From Octopus sinensis (lineage: Eukaryota): a stretch of 64,000 nucleotides of DNA. A model generated the notes under the pieces. It was not told where the DNA came from, ran no database searches, and worked only from the letters and a program-made list of their open reading frames with translations. The DNA is taken from positions 72,540,001 to 72,604,000 of the forward strand of contig NC_042998.1 of the NCBI RefSeq assembly GCF_006345805.1, read 5' to 3'. Numbering within the stretch: the stretch's first letter is position 1; every line of letters starts with the position of its first letter. Of the stretch, positions 37,787-49,764 are shown one piece after another. The translations under genes and the position numbers were made by a program.

Positions 37787-37965
37787 TAGAGTTTACGAAA
37801 AAAAACAAAAGACGAAGACAGGTGGCAAAACAAACAGATGTTTTAGTATAACACTCAGGAATAGAAAACGTCATTTACGTTTCGAGCCTACTCCCTTCTA
37901 CAGAAAGAGACGCAGAAAAAACAAGGAGAGAAAAAATGTGTGTAGTGGCTAACGATCTATCATGG
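37786..37965 (-). mobile_element. PLE-end-like repeat in (TA)n with a degenerate hammerhead motif
   Basis: Minus strand: CTTT-CTGTAGA(37903-37897)-AGGGAGTAGGCTC-GAAAC-GTA-AATG. A6 is replaced by U and stem III is reduced to ACGU. Confidence 0.5.
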
Positions 37966-37974
37966 TGACTATAC

Positions 37975-38016
<42 letters not shown>

Positions 38017-38784
38017 ATAACTACATACATATATATGCACATATATTTATAGACAGAGAGACTCACACACACATACGCTCATATGAGAAAAAACAACGAA
38101 ATAAAAAACATAATAGAAACGAAAAGTAAATGGAAAGACGGATTGCTCAGTCTTTTCGTTCACAAACTGTCGCTTAAATGACAATTATATAGAATACATA
38201 CATAGACAAGAGTGGCGTGAGAAGTCATGTTCGTGTTTGTATGTGTGTGCGAACTGAAGATATTTAGGATGCATCTGTTATGCACACTTCTTTTTCAGAC
38301 AAAGCTTATTATTGATCAGACGCTACCTGTACGTCATTTCTAAAAAATAAATGTAAATGAAAAAGAGACAAAACGTATTTGAATACATTTTAAAGCACTC
38401 GGAAATAATAATATTTCTTGTGCAATCTATATGTTGTGACTGTTTCGTTGTGATTTTTGCTTTATTTATTGTCTTTTTTGTTAATTATTCTATTTCCGTT
38501 AAGTACCTAATGCAGTTCATTTCAAAATTTACAATTATATTCTTTTATGTTTTGCTATCGAAAATAATCAATTGTACTGCAATCATGTTAATGAATGATT
38601 TCAGAACCATTTTATATGTATTCCAAAAGTAATTATCACATTAAAACAAAACCTTTGGAATGCAAACACAAGACAATAAAAGAAATACTTAATGTGTTAT
38701 TTTTAGAAGTACATTTGTTTTTATTCGCTGAAGCAAGCTTGATTTAATTATCAATGTATTTTATTAATACTTCTTTGCATATCA

Positions 38785-38861
<77 letters not shown>

Positions 38862-39324
38862 AATTAATGAATTACAGGTAATAAATAATGTTTAGTATTA
38901 TTTTAGTATGTTTTGTGTTGCGGTTCCAAAAAACTTTTCACTGAACACACTTGTTTTAAACGAACATTGCTTAGCTCAGTGAGATTTGTGAAATGTAAAA
39001 AGTGAGATAGATAATTATGAAATCAACAAGGTTAAAATGATTTTACAACTGCAAAATACCAATTATATGAATGGTATAATAAAAGCAATATTGTGTACAA
39101 CATTTATTGCAATACACACAATAGGTACGAGCTATATCCTTTTACATGTTAAACATATTTCAGTTTATTAATATTTGTTGCAGGCTGCAGGAAATTTCTC
39201 TATACATTTATTTTTGTTGGCACAACGTCAAAGGTCGCAGTCTAGGTTCGGTCTATCTTTGCGCAACTCTATTAGTCACTGCCAACTAACATTCCTATGA
39301 TAAATTAAGATCAGAACAGTGCAA

Positions 39325-39720
39325 AGCGGCGAGATGGTAGAGTCGTTAGCAAGCCGGGCAAAATGCTTAGCAGCATTTCGTCTTTACGTTCTGAGTTCAA
39401 ATATCGGCGTTGTCGATGTTGCCTTTCATCCTACGCCTTGAAGTCGTGTGCATTGACTCATCCCTCCTTCGAACTTGCTGGCTTTGTACCAAAACTTAAC
39501 ATCAGTATAGACCAGCGTAAGGTGGAAAGCTGCAGAAACGTTAGCACGCAAGGCAAAATGTTTCGCCCGTCGTTACGTTCGGAGCTTAAGTGACACCGGA
39601 CTCTACTTTACCTTTCAACCTCTGAGGTGGATAAAATAAGGACCAGTTGAGCATTGGAGTCGATGTAATCGACTGGTTCACTCACCTGAGATTTCAGATC
39701 TTGAGCCAAAATTTATAACT
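39325..39720 (+). mobile_element. Head-to-tail dimer of SINE family A
   Basis: Two successive units, each with GTTAGCA..GGCAAAATG..TTACGTTC.GAG, starting ~39325 and ~39515. Confidence 0.75.
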
Positions 39721-40239
39721 AATATTAGAAGTTGATGATCTTAAGTACTATATTAGCAATATCAATAATGTTAACGTGGGCAGCATTTAGGTTAAATGAG
39801 TTTTCTAAAGATGAAAATGATCATAATATATATGAATATACATCTTCACATAAATATTTTCTCAGAATAATTAACACTGCCATTTCCTTTATACTTAATT
39901 CTTCGTATATTTGCCTCACAATTAAAAGCTACTACTACACTTAGTACTTCCTCTACCTCTTAACACCCCCATTCCTCTATCATTTATACTATAATACCTT
40001 TCTCTCTCTATCCCCACTCCTACTTTCAAACTACCTCCACTGACCGCTGACCAACCTATATCTTAATTTTTTTTTTCTTTTCCTTATTCTCTTTATTTAT
40101 ACCTTCAGGAATTTGATTCTTTATTTTTGTTTTTGCTAATCTTTTTTCTCTCTTTTTTCTCTCTTTTCTCTCGTTTTTCTTTCTCTTTAATTCTTTCTTT
40201 CTCTCCTCCTTTTATCTCTCTTTTTTTTTGTCATTCCTC

Positions 40240-40712
40240 TCTTCCTGTTTTCAATTTGACCAAACTAATCCACTCCCTATTTCTAGGTCAGTTTAAACAC
40301 AAAGCTCGAATATGCTACATTCTATATAAATTCTCTACTGGGAATGACCAATTTTAAGAGAATCTTACATTACTTATAAACTTTACTTTTGGATGGACTC
40401 ATAGTAAACTCTGTTGGATGTTTGGATTTTACTCAAAGGATATTGGAATAATACACATATATAACTTTATGCCTATAAAACGGATTTATGAACTCAATAA
40501 CCATACATATCGTACATCTATTTTCTTTCCTCCACCTCACTCTCTATTTATATCACGTCGAAACTAACTATGACAACTTTTCCTCTCACACCGTCTCCGA
40601 TGAAGGGATATTATTATTAATTAATGTTCTAGAAACAGCTGCAAAACCTATCTATAAATGCTCTAATTTCTATACAGCCTTGTTTTTTTTATCTCATAAA
40701 GCAAAAAATTCA
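40240..40712 (+). mobile_element. PLE terminal-repeat-like segment with a decayed hammerhead motif (40593-40647)
   Basis: GTCT-CCGATGA-A-GGGATATT..AATGTTCT-A-GAAAC-AGCT-GCA-AAAC; ends in (TA)n. Confidence 0.55.
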
Positions 40713-41184
40713 TATATATATATATATGATTGTTTACAAATATTGAGACCTCTTTTGCATTTGGAATAAAGTGAAGTGATGTTGTTTTGAATATTTTAAA
40801 TTGATAATATATATCCTCCATGAAAACTTTTCCAGATAGTTGGCATAAATATAGTTTTGTTCTACGGAAGAGAAATTTCCGCAACAACTTGTAGATTTTA
40901 TGATTAAGAAAAATGAGATTTAAGCGAGCATCAGATAATTTTTCCATATATAAGTAAATGTGATATAATCGTATCTAATTTGTATCATACATGAAACGAC
41001 TTAGTTTAGATCTTCATTTTCTATTGTGTTTGGACTGAATACATCGTCTAAATTCAGATATGTATAGAAAATCCACTGCGAGTATTGCTTAATTAACATG
41101 CACCTCAGACTCGGGGAATTTTTTTTATCAACGAAAGACAAAATGCCATTCAAATTCTACTGATATGTTAGTAAATATTTAGAT

Positions 41185-41340
41185 TTCATTATTTACATTA
41201 TTTACATTTGACGGATGTTTGTCCTCATCATGTATGTTGTTAACTCAGCGTTTCGGCTGATATAAACTCTAGCCTTCATCAGGTGTGATGGGGAAATTTC
41301 GAACGTGGGTTCTCATTCCTAAGGTATTTTTCGATGTTTT
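41185..41340 (-). mobile_element. HHR-bearing repeat module (putative 3' half of SINE family E)
   Basis: Minus strand: CAC-CTGATGA(41282-41276)-A-GGCT-AGAGTTTATATC-AGCC-GAAAC-GCT-GAGTT. The core is intact except U16.1 to C; stem I has decayed. Confidence 0.65.
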
Positions 41341-41453
41341 TGTTATTATTATTATCATCATCATCATCATTATCATCATCATCATCATTATCATCATCAT
41401 CATCATCATCATCATCACCACCACCACCACCACCACACCACCATCATCATCAT

Positions 41454-41492
<39 letters not shown>

Positions 41493-41574
41493 TATTATTA
41501 TTATTGTTATTGTTATTGTCATTGTTATTATTGTTGTTGTTGTTGTTGTTGTTGTTGATGTTATTATTATTATT

Positions 41575-41606
<32 letters not shown>

Positions 41607-41701
41607 TATTATTATTATTATTGTTATTGTTATTGTCATTGTTCTTGTTCTTGTTGTTGATGTTATTATTATTATTATTATCATCATCATCATCATCATC
41701 A

Positions 41702-41745
<44 letters not shown>

Positions 41746-41750
41746 GTTAC
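41341..41750. repeat. Complex (ATT)/(ATC)/(GTT)/(ACC) trinucleotide array
   Basis: Directly visible, with internal higher-order duplication. Confidence 0.95.
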
Positions 41751-42879
41751 TTTTTTATTTTCTTCTTTCAAATTTTCTTCCATTTCTTGCCGAGTGTCTT
41801 CCCGACTCCTAGGGCAAAGAAACTCATAGTGTATATTGGTAGGCCATTAAACCAAACTCAGTAGTTCGTTAATTTTTTTTTTTTTAATTAAAATGCATGA
41901 GTTAAAATAAAATGCATGAGCAGCAACAGTTCTCACATCGACAATGCTCTTCTCAATACGTGTGATGTACCAGTTAAGACAATCTTTTGCACTTCTTGCA
42001 GGGATGGTAAGCCAGGGATCATTCTCATATAATTTTCGGTTCCCTTCTTGATCATTCCTAGTGCTCCTACGATCACTGGTATTGTAACCGCCTTGAGATG
42101 CCACATTTTCTCAATTTCAATGAGTAGGTCTTTATATTTTCTGATCTTGTCAAACTCTTTCGCTGAGATATTATGATCACAGGGGATGCTCATGTCGATC
42201 AATAAGCAAACTTTATTGTTTTGGTCTTTCACAACAATATCTGGTTTATTGGCCTTGATGGTTCGGTCTGTATGTACTGGAAAGTCCCACAGAATGGTTA
42301 CATTTTCTCCTTCAGTTACAGCCTCAGGGTGGTGATTATACCACTTGTCGGCAGTTTTGATATTGTAATGCCGACTTATTAGCCAGTGGAGATATTGGCC
42401 AACTCTGTCATGTCTTAATTTATACTCCACTGGTGCTAAGACTTTACATCCAGAGATTAGGTGGTCCACTGTTTCAATCATGTCGTTGCAGAATCGGCAT
42501 TTTGGGTCTGCTCCATTTTTCATCACATTGGCCTGGTAGTTCCGGGTTGATAGGCTTTGGTCTTGAGCAGCCAGGATGAAACCTTCGCTCTCTGCTTTTA
42601 GCCCTGAGCTCCGCAGCCACTGATGGGTTTGCTTCTGGTCAACATCAGCTTGTTTGCTGCGGGTCACATATTTGCCGCGCAGAGGTTTCTCCTCCCACCT
42701 ATCAGCCAATTGCTCGTGCGCTTTTTTCATTGCCATCATTTTCACCTTCTTTGCAACAATAGTTGCCGTACTTCCCTCGGGTTGTTCAGTTTGGGTATCC
42801 TGCACAAGATCAATAGCAAATTTTTTGCTTTCCTTGATGATAGAATGAAGCTTCTTTCGTCTCTCCTTTCGCTTCTTTC

Positions 42880-42880
<1 letters not shown>
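41750..42880 (-). mobile_element. Young 5'-truncated R4/Dong LINE within (TAA)n
   Basis: Uninterrupted frame to the natural stop, then a ~180-bp 3'UTR; (TAA)n on both sides. Confidence 0.95.
41933..42805 (-). CDS. R4/Dong ORF C-terminus: CCHC finger and restriction-like (PD-D/ExK) endonuclease; 5'-truncated, no true start codon
   Basis: KCRFCNDMIETVDHLISGC, RHDRVG, ILWDFPV, NKPDIVVKD..CLLIDMSIP, KIRKYKDL, VIVGALG, VLRRALS. Confidence 0.9.
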   Translation of the reverse strand: MQDTQTEQPEGSTATIVAKKVKMMAMKKAHEQLADRWEEKPLRGKYVTRSKQADVDQKQTHQWLRSSGLKAESEGFILAAQDQSLSTRNYQANVMKNGADPKCRFCNDMIETVDHLISGCKVLAPVEYKLRHDRVGQYLHWLISRHYNIKTADKWYNHHPEAVTEGENVTILWDFPVHTDRTIKANKPDIVVKDQNNKVCLLIDMSIPCDHNISAKEFDKIRKYKDLLIEIEKMWHLKAVTIPVIVGALGMIKKGTENYMRMIPGLPSLQEVQKIVLTGTSHVLRRALSM

Positions 42881-42969
<89 letters not shown>

Positions 42970-42973
<4 letters not shown>

Positions 42974-43040
42974 TCACTGCCTGGAATCGAACTCGGAAAC
43001 TTGGGGTTAGTACGTCTATATAACACACAAACACTATTTA
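42970..43040 (-). mobile_element. tRNA-like SINE head running into (TAA)n (putative 5' half of family E)
   Basis: Minus strand: TACTAACCCCAAGTTTCCGAGTTCGATTCCAGGCAGTGACCTGAATAATAAT. B box clear (42983-42992), A box degenerate. Confidence 0.65.
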
Positions 43041-44113
43041 CTACTCCGATTAGTAGATTATTAATTGCGCGCCCGTATTGTTTATGTTTCATTGTAAAGC
43101 TATAACATAGTGTCTACACAGTGATTTTCGCGAGCACTGCATTCGAAAATGAAACAAAAGTACTAGATACCTAAGTCGGATGTAAACGTCTGTTATGCTT
43201 ATAAAAGTTCAACCTGAATCACTATTCTTATATTTTCAGCTGTCACATATCAAATCACACCTCAAATAAGTTGCATATTTGAAACCTATAATGCCCAGCC
43301 ATTCACAAATTTGAGAGATATTAGAAAATGAATGTAAAACTCGAATTTATATTAAATGTAACGCACATTATAAGTAATAATTCGAATAACTGGACATAGT
43401 ATAAAACAATGACGAATTGTATCTACTACTATTAGCTGGTTTAATTTCAAACATTAGAAATGTTAGCTTCTGTAGGCCGGTCATAACGTTTCAAAGACTT
43501 TCAGACCTTCGAATGTTTTGATACTGTGGCATAACCCTCTGCTATAAAAGTGCATTGTGTCAAAGGAATATAATAGTCAACTTATAACACATTTCAATAT
43601 GTAGAAATTTAGACATTAGTCTTTGGCTTATTACACGTTATTAATGCTGATAAGTCTGTATCAACGTGAGCAGAATCAATTTTTCAGATTAGTGTCAATA
43701 GTATAGAAGTATTGAATTGCATTTACCACATCGTTATGCATACAAGTACTAACCGTATTAAAGTGAGTCTAATTACCAGCACTGGTGGAAGGTGAGCTGC
43801 ATATCCACTCGTTATGTTGTCAGAGATGTGCGATAATATACATTGTTTGCGGTGGGAAATAAAATTGTTATATTACCAAGATCTTTGTGTTGGCATCTTG
43901 ATATATTGTTCAGCAACTCTACAGAATAAATTAGGAAGATTATTTTCTTTATTGTCGTAAGTAGAGTATTTACAGCAACATCTAGAAGCATAAGAGGAAA
44001 TTTCATAATCACTTTCAGAGTGTGACCACAGCATTGATATAGAAATTGAATATGGATAAAAACTGCCGTACGTACATGCACTTCCTGCATATATATATAT
44101 AAATATATATATA

Positions 44114-44915
44114 CCAAAAGAAACCGGAATTTTGCAATGTTATTTTATTCACTTAGTTTTACTTGTTTGGTCTATCTTATTCCAAGTATTCTCCATTTGA
44201 AGCAATACACTGTTCCAGAGGCGTGATGACTTTTAACGCCTCCGTCATTGTTTTCTTCCCCTATTCTACATCTACAAATTCCGTATCACCAGCTTTCATT
44301 CATCACCAGTGATGACCTTCGAACAATCCCGGATCAAATTCCAACTGTTCTTTCAATTCACAACATGCATTCAGTCGTGACTGCTTTTATATATTCCGCG
44401 AGCAAGTAAAGTCGTTGGAAGGAGTTCCAGAACACACCAGTAATATCAAACAATTTGTCAATTGGTCGGTGACGGTCCTACAAAATCATTTCATGAATTT
44501 TCATGATGTTTTCATTCTGGAAATCGACGGTCGTTTTTAACGGGGTTGGTCTTCAAGCGAAAAGTGATAATTCCTAAAGGCTGGAAATCACACGTAAGCA
44601 CTTTTTGCTCACGGCAGCGTCCCTGTAAGCTGTCTGAAGCATGACAACTGTTTCGGCTGCCGTTTTTCGTCAGAAGAAAACAGAATTTCATGCAATCAGT
44701 TTCTTTGTTTCAGCCACCGCATAAATTGACGAACAGGTGGGAGGGGAGGGCCCTGCAAAACAATGATTCACCACATGGCGGTACGACTTCAGCGTGATTC
44801 ACCGGTTGGTAGACTGATGCCCGAGGGTGGCATCAAGTGGCTTCTAGCGGTTAAAGCCTAAAGTACAACGGATTTGTCGCAGAGAAGAAACACTTGGTTA
44901 CTTTTGGATAACCCA
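44114..44915 (-). mobile_element. Internally deleted mariner-type transposon
   Basis: Partial TIRs CCAAAAGAAACCGG / TTGGTTACTTTTGGATAACCC in TA context. Remnants CMKFCFLLTKTAAETVVMLQTAY and an eroded ITGDESW region. Confidence 0.7.
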
Positions 44916-44933
44916 TATATATATATGTATACA

Positions 44934-45008
<75 letters not shown>

Positions 45009-45063
45009 TTATCTATCTGTCTGTCTATCTATCTATCTGTCGTGCTATCGAGCTATATATATA

Positions 45064-45242
45064 CGAGGGGTATTGAACAGTTCCTGGATTTAAGTGCATT
45101 TTTTACAGGGCTTAGACAAACTGAAGAACTTTTGCAATAAGTGTGTGAATCTAAGAGTAGAATATGTTGAATAAAATCATAATCAACTGATCATCTTGTA
45201 TTTTCTGTAACCCTAATCCAGGATGTTTTCATCTTATTCTCG
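45064..45242 (+). mobile_element. Mariner-derived MITE
   Basis: TA|CGAGGGGTATTGAACAGTTCCTGGATT ... AATCCAGGATGTTTTCATCTTATTCTCG. The interior keeps the last transposase codons ([22 protein letters not shown]). Confidence 0.75.
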
Positions 45243-46039
45243 TGTATACAAACAAACATATATACAGGTCCAAACTTAAGAGGTGCGGGGCCTAATTAGT
45301 AACAAGTTTAGTTCCCAGTGAATTTGCACCAAGGTTTATTAAATCATATATGTATATCCCTTTGTTGTATATTAGGAGACGAGATTAGTTTAGAGCACAT
45401 GATAAAGAAAATAAACAGGAAAATAAATAACTCCAAATTTGTGTGTGGGGATTTCCGATATTCAAACCTATCCCACTCTCCTCTGATTTCTGTCGAATAA
45501 ATCATTTGAGGCATATTAGGATATGAGAATAGTTTTAGTACATAACAAGGAAAAACTATTATTTCCCACCGAAATTGAGTTGGGCGTTTAACAATAGATT
45601 TAGCAAAATCTTTCACCATCAGCAAGTGAAGCTGATTTGTTTTTGCAAAGAGAAGCAAATATCACGAGGCTTGATTTTCACCGGTGCTTCCTTATTTCGT
45701 CGGAAGAGAGTCATAATTCGAGTTATCGTTGAAAACAATTACTCGCATGAGGCTGTGCTACACCCAAATGCTAATTCTGCACTATACAATAAACATTTGG
45801 AAGGGCATCCTGTAGGATACGTAAAGATCCAAAATTCTGCAGCAGAGTCATCATATTTTCTTTGAAAATGTATGCTTTAGCCACAGTAATTTCAGACAGC
45901 ATGACCGATTTATGACAATTAACTAAATTACTCAAAGGTTTTAAAGTATCAAAATCCAGAAATCTCAAGGAGATTGGTAGTAGACTTGCCAAGGAAAAAT
46001 ACATGCTGCTGTTTTGCTCTGAAAATGTATTATCTAGCT

Positions 46040-46500
46040 TTGTATTATCCACTTTGAACTTTTGAACTCAAACGAAACGATAATAAAGGAGATCTACTGC
46101 GTGCAGCTTGAGTGGCTTAAGTCACCTAAAGAAGAAAACCGTCCGTCTTTTGTTTCAAGACAAAAGGTATCTTTCCGTCAGGATAAAGCTCTGTCACATG
46201 CAGTGAGGATGACATTTCAAAAGCTGGAGCAGGTTGAATGAGAAACGATTCCCCACCCACCATATTCGCCAGGTACTACCCTATCTGATTATCATTTATT
46301 ACGCAGTCTTGAAACTTATTTGGAGGGGAAAATGTATGAATTCAGACCAATACTAGAGAAGTATTTTTCGTCACAGTAAGTGAATTTTGTAAGAGGAGCT
46401 TTGCAATTGTACAGGACAGAAGGAACAGAATCGTGTATCTTAATTTTGAAAAGTAAAATAGGTGTAAAGAAACTACATTATTTATAGTATGATCCAATAT
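46040..46500 (+). mobile_element. Mariner transposon 3' fragment
   Basis: HPPYSP..PSDYHLLRSLETYL; right TIR ...TTATTTATAGTATGATCCAA|TA. Confidence 0.8.
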
Positions 46501-46631
46501 ATATATATATATATATATGAGTGCGTAAGAGAACAGACGTGGTTGCGTACGGGATAGGATTAGAGTGTATGCGCTCGGGGTGTCTATAGATAGGTGTATC
46601 TATATGTAGTTGGGTATATGAGTGTATAGAG

Positions 46632-46662
<31 letters not shown>

Positions 46663-46666
46663 TGTA

Positions 46667-47923
46667 TCAGGTCATGCCATAAGTTCTGTCCGATTTTACC
46701 TTTTTTAAAATTGAATGAAATTTAATAGTATTTTAGAATGTCTAATGGAATTAAAAATCATTTTTAAGCATCTGTGTACATTTAAATTAATTAAATATCA
46801 TTTTACAGGAAACATAATTAGCATTACTTTGATTAAAACCCTTTCTAACATGGAAGTATCCAAAAACTATTTGAGCCACATAATGCTTTATGAGTACAAA
46901 AAAAGGAAACTCTGCAGCCGAAGCAACTCGAGACATATACTCAGTTTATGGGAAAGAATGCTTGTAGGTAAAATCTTGCACAAGGTGGTTTGTAAAATTC
47001 AGAAGTGGAGATTTCAGCCTTGAAAATGAAGATCGAACAGGACGGCCATTGAGTTTGAGGCATTACTTGAAGAAAATCCTGCATTATCAGTCGAAGTGTT
47101 GGCAATAAAGCTTAGTTCAAGCCATATAACGGTTCATTTTCATCTTCAACAACTTGGAAAGGTTTCCAAACTTGAAAAATGTGTGCCTCAAGAATTTTCC
47201 GAAATCAACAGCAAATCCCGAGTTGACATTTGCTCTTCTCTTCATTCTCGCGAACTCATTTCACCCTTTTTTGATTAGACTTGTGACAGATGACGAGAAG
47301 TGGATCTTCTATCGAAATGTTAAACGTCGTAAACAGTAGCTTGGTAAAAGGGAACAGGCTCAACCACAACCGAGAAGGGAACTTCATGGGAAGAAATGTT
47401 CTTCCTGTCTGGTGAGATTGCAAAGGAGTAATTCACTTTGAACTGTTACGACCTAATGCAACAATCAATACTCAAGCCTACTGACAGCAATTAGAGCGTT
47501 TGAACCAAGCTTTGAAAAAAAAGACCCGCTTTAGTGAATCGAAAAGGAGTAACACCTCACCAGGACAATGTGCGACCCCACACTGCAAAGATCACATCAC
47601 AGCTTAGTTGGGAAAAAATTCCTCATCCATCTTATTCTCCCGACTTTGATCCTGCAGACTACCATTTGTTTCGTAGTTTACAGAATCATTTGGGGGAGAT
47701 AACTTTCGCAAGTCAGGAGGATGTCGAAACTAACATTTCAGAGTTCTTCGCTTCGAAACCAAAAGTGTTTTACATTGATGGGTTTAAAAAAGCTTGTAAA
47801 TAGATGGAAGGAAGTCATAGATAATCAGAGAAAGTAGATTGATGATTAAATTTTAATTAAATATAACATTTGATCATATGTTTTTTTTTTCCAAATTCGG
47901 ATAGAACTTATGTGATGACTTGA
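46667..47923 (+). mobile_element. Near full-length mariner (D,D34D) transposon, pseudogenised, 1257 bp
   Basis: TA TSDs; TIRs TCAGGTCATGCCATAAGTTCTGTCCGA / TCGGATAGAACTTATGTGATGACTTGA; motifs CVPQ, LVTDDEKWIFY, HQDNVRPH, HPSYSPDFDPADYHLFRSL; stops and frameshifts. Confidence 0.92.
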
Positions 47924-47937
47924 TATATATATATATA

Positions 47938-48010
47938 TATATATAAAATATTATTAGAGACAAAACCACTATTTTGCAAAACAAACAAGGAAAGACTTAA
48001 TCAATACATA
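47938..48010 (-). mobile_element. ~70-bp remnant of the 17154-17466 PLE repeat end, in (TA)n
   Basis: ATAAAATATTATTAGAGACAAAACCACTATTTTGCAAAACAAACAAGGAAAGACTTAATCAATACATA is near-identical to the reverse complement of 17398-17466. Confidence 0.85.
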
Positions 48011-48499
48011 ATACATAATATATATATATATATATACAGAGAGAAAGAGAGAGACAGAGAGAGTGAGAGAGAGAGAGGGGGTAGATAGATAAATAGATAG
48101 GTAGATAAATATATTAGAGACCAATATTCTCTGTATAGAATACACTTCGTAGTGCGCAAGAGATTTAAACTTGAGCAGGTAGAAGAATTAATGTAAGGAC
48201 AAATAAGTTGGGCAAATCGATATACAAAAGATATTAAATATATTTTAAACAAAAGATGTACTTATTTTTATATATAAATAGTTCCGACAGAATAAAACTG
48301 ATATCAGAAATTGAAGAGGTTGAATAACAGTCCGACAGTTTTTCTGGGATTTGGTGGTCCAAAATAATGATTGTAAATTGAATCCATCATCAGATAATTC
48401 CACCCTCCGTCTTCAGGGAAGAAGCTTACATTTGAGGTGTTGACAGAATGGAGTTTATAGATGGAATTTTTTTTTTAAAGTCTATGTCTTAATACATAA

Positions 48500-48960
48500 G
48501 CAGGGGATACAGAAATGCATCATTTTTTCTATATAGTCTCCTTTTTTTCGATGCACTTGCTCCAGCAGTCTACAAGCATATTCCCCCAAGAAAAAGGTTT
48601 TTTTAGTTAGTCTTGCTACCATTTATGTACGGCATCCTTCACATCTTCAACCGCAATAAATCGACGACCGCCTAAACCATTTTTGAGTGGTCATAAGATG
48701 TGATAGTCGGAAGGGGTGAAATCTGAGCTGTAGGCAGGGTGTTCCAGTACTTCAAGCCATATTGGTTAATAGTTTCAACTTTCTGAGCGGCCGTGAGTGG
48801 GCGTGCAATATTATACAATAACAAAGCTTTCTTCGACAATAAGCTTCAGCGTTTGGTGCGAATTGCTGGCTTCGGTTTGTTGGTTAGCAAAGCACTGTGT
48901 CTTGAAATGGGGATCCTACACCTATTTTCCTGGTAGTCTTCCAGTGTATGTTTTTTAAAT
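48500..48960 (-). mobile_element. Mariner transposon 3' fragment
   Basis: HPAYSSDFTPSDYHIL*PLKNGLGGRRFIAVEDVKDAVHKW. Confidence 0.8.
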
Positions 48961-49764
48961 TTTAATTCCATTCCTACACTGTTTTGTATCCGTTCATTTT
49001 AAACTGTTATTCTTGTTAGCAGTTGTGAAGAGTTATCAGTCTATCAAAGAATGTCTTACCTTTTCCCCGAAGCTGGATTAAAACTTTTGCATGAAGTCTT
49101 ATGGCCGAATAGTTAGGAGACTATATAGTTAACTATATAGTTAAGAATGTAGCACAATAGAATACAGAAAAGTTGTGATGACCTACTTTCTCAAATGTAA
49201 ATATCTATAAATACTAAATAACATATTCACATAAACACTGTGTTCTTATAATGGAATATATTAATGATGAGAAAGATTTTGATTTAACACATTAAGCACA
49301 TTTGAGAGTTCATCCCAGGAATTACTAGCAATATTAATATGAAATAGTGTGTCCTCCGTCTGCTGAAAAATGACGCAAAGTTCTGAGAATAATTATTTAA
49401 TTTTTCACAAAATGCAACTGTGCTGGTTGTTGTGTAAAAAAGCTATTTATTTATTCTAAACCAAAGGATAAAGAATTTCGCCTTTCATCACGTATTTCCA
49501 ACTTCTATGCCCATTGGTTGAATCTTAAGAAAACGTGTTTTATCTGAGGATCGTGTCTATCCTGACATATTATTGAGATCGACATAACAGAGCCTATAAA
49601 TATATAAAGAGCTTATTTGTTGTGTAATACGCCGTCAAACATTGGATATTTGCTCATTACTGTAAATGAGCAGATTATATAAAATGCTAAGTAACCTGAC
49701 CTATAGTCCTTGATGCATTAGTAACATATTTATTATTCGCATTGTGTAAAACTGCATTATGCTA

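Noticed and set aside
44641-44673. Minus-strand CTGACGA-AAAAC-GGCAGCC-GAAAC-AGTT-GTC, resembling a hammerhead
   Set aside because: Lies in mariner transposase coding sequence (LTKTAAETVVM). The stem II loop would be 1 nt, there is a 5-nt insertion and no stem I; coincidental.
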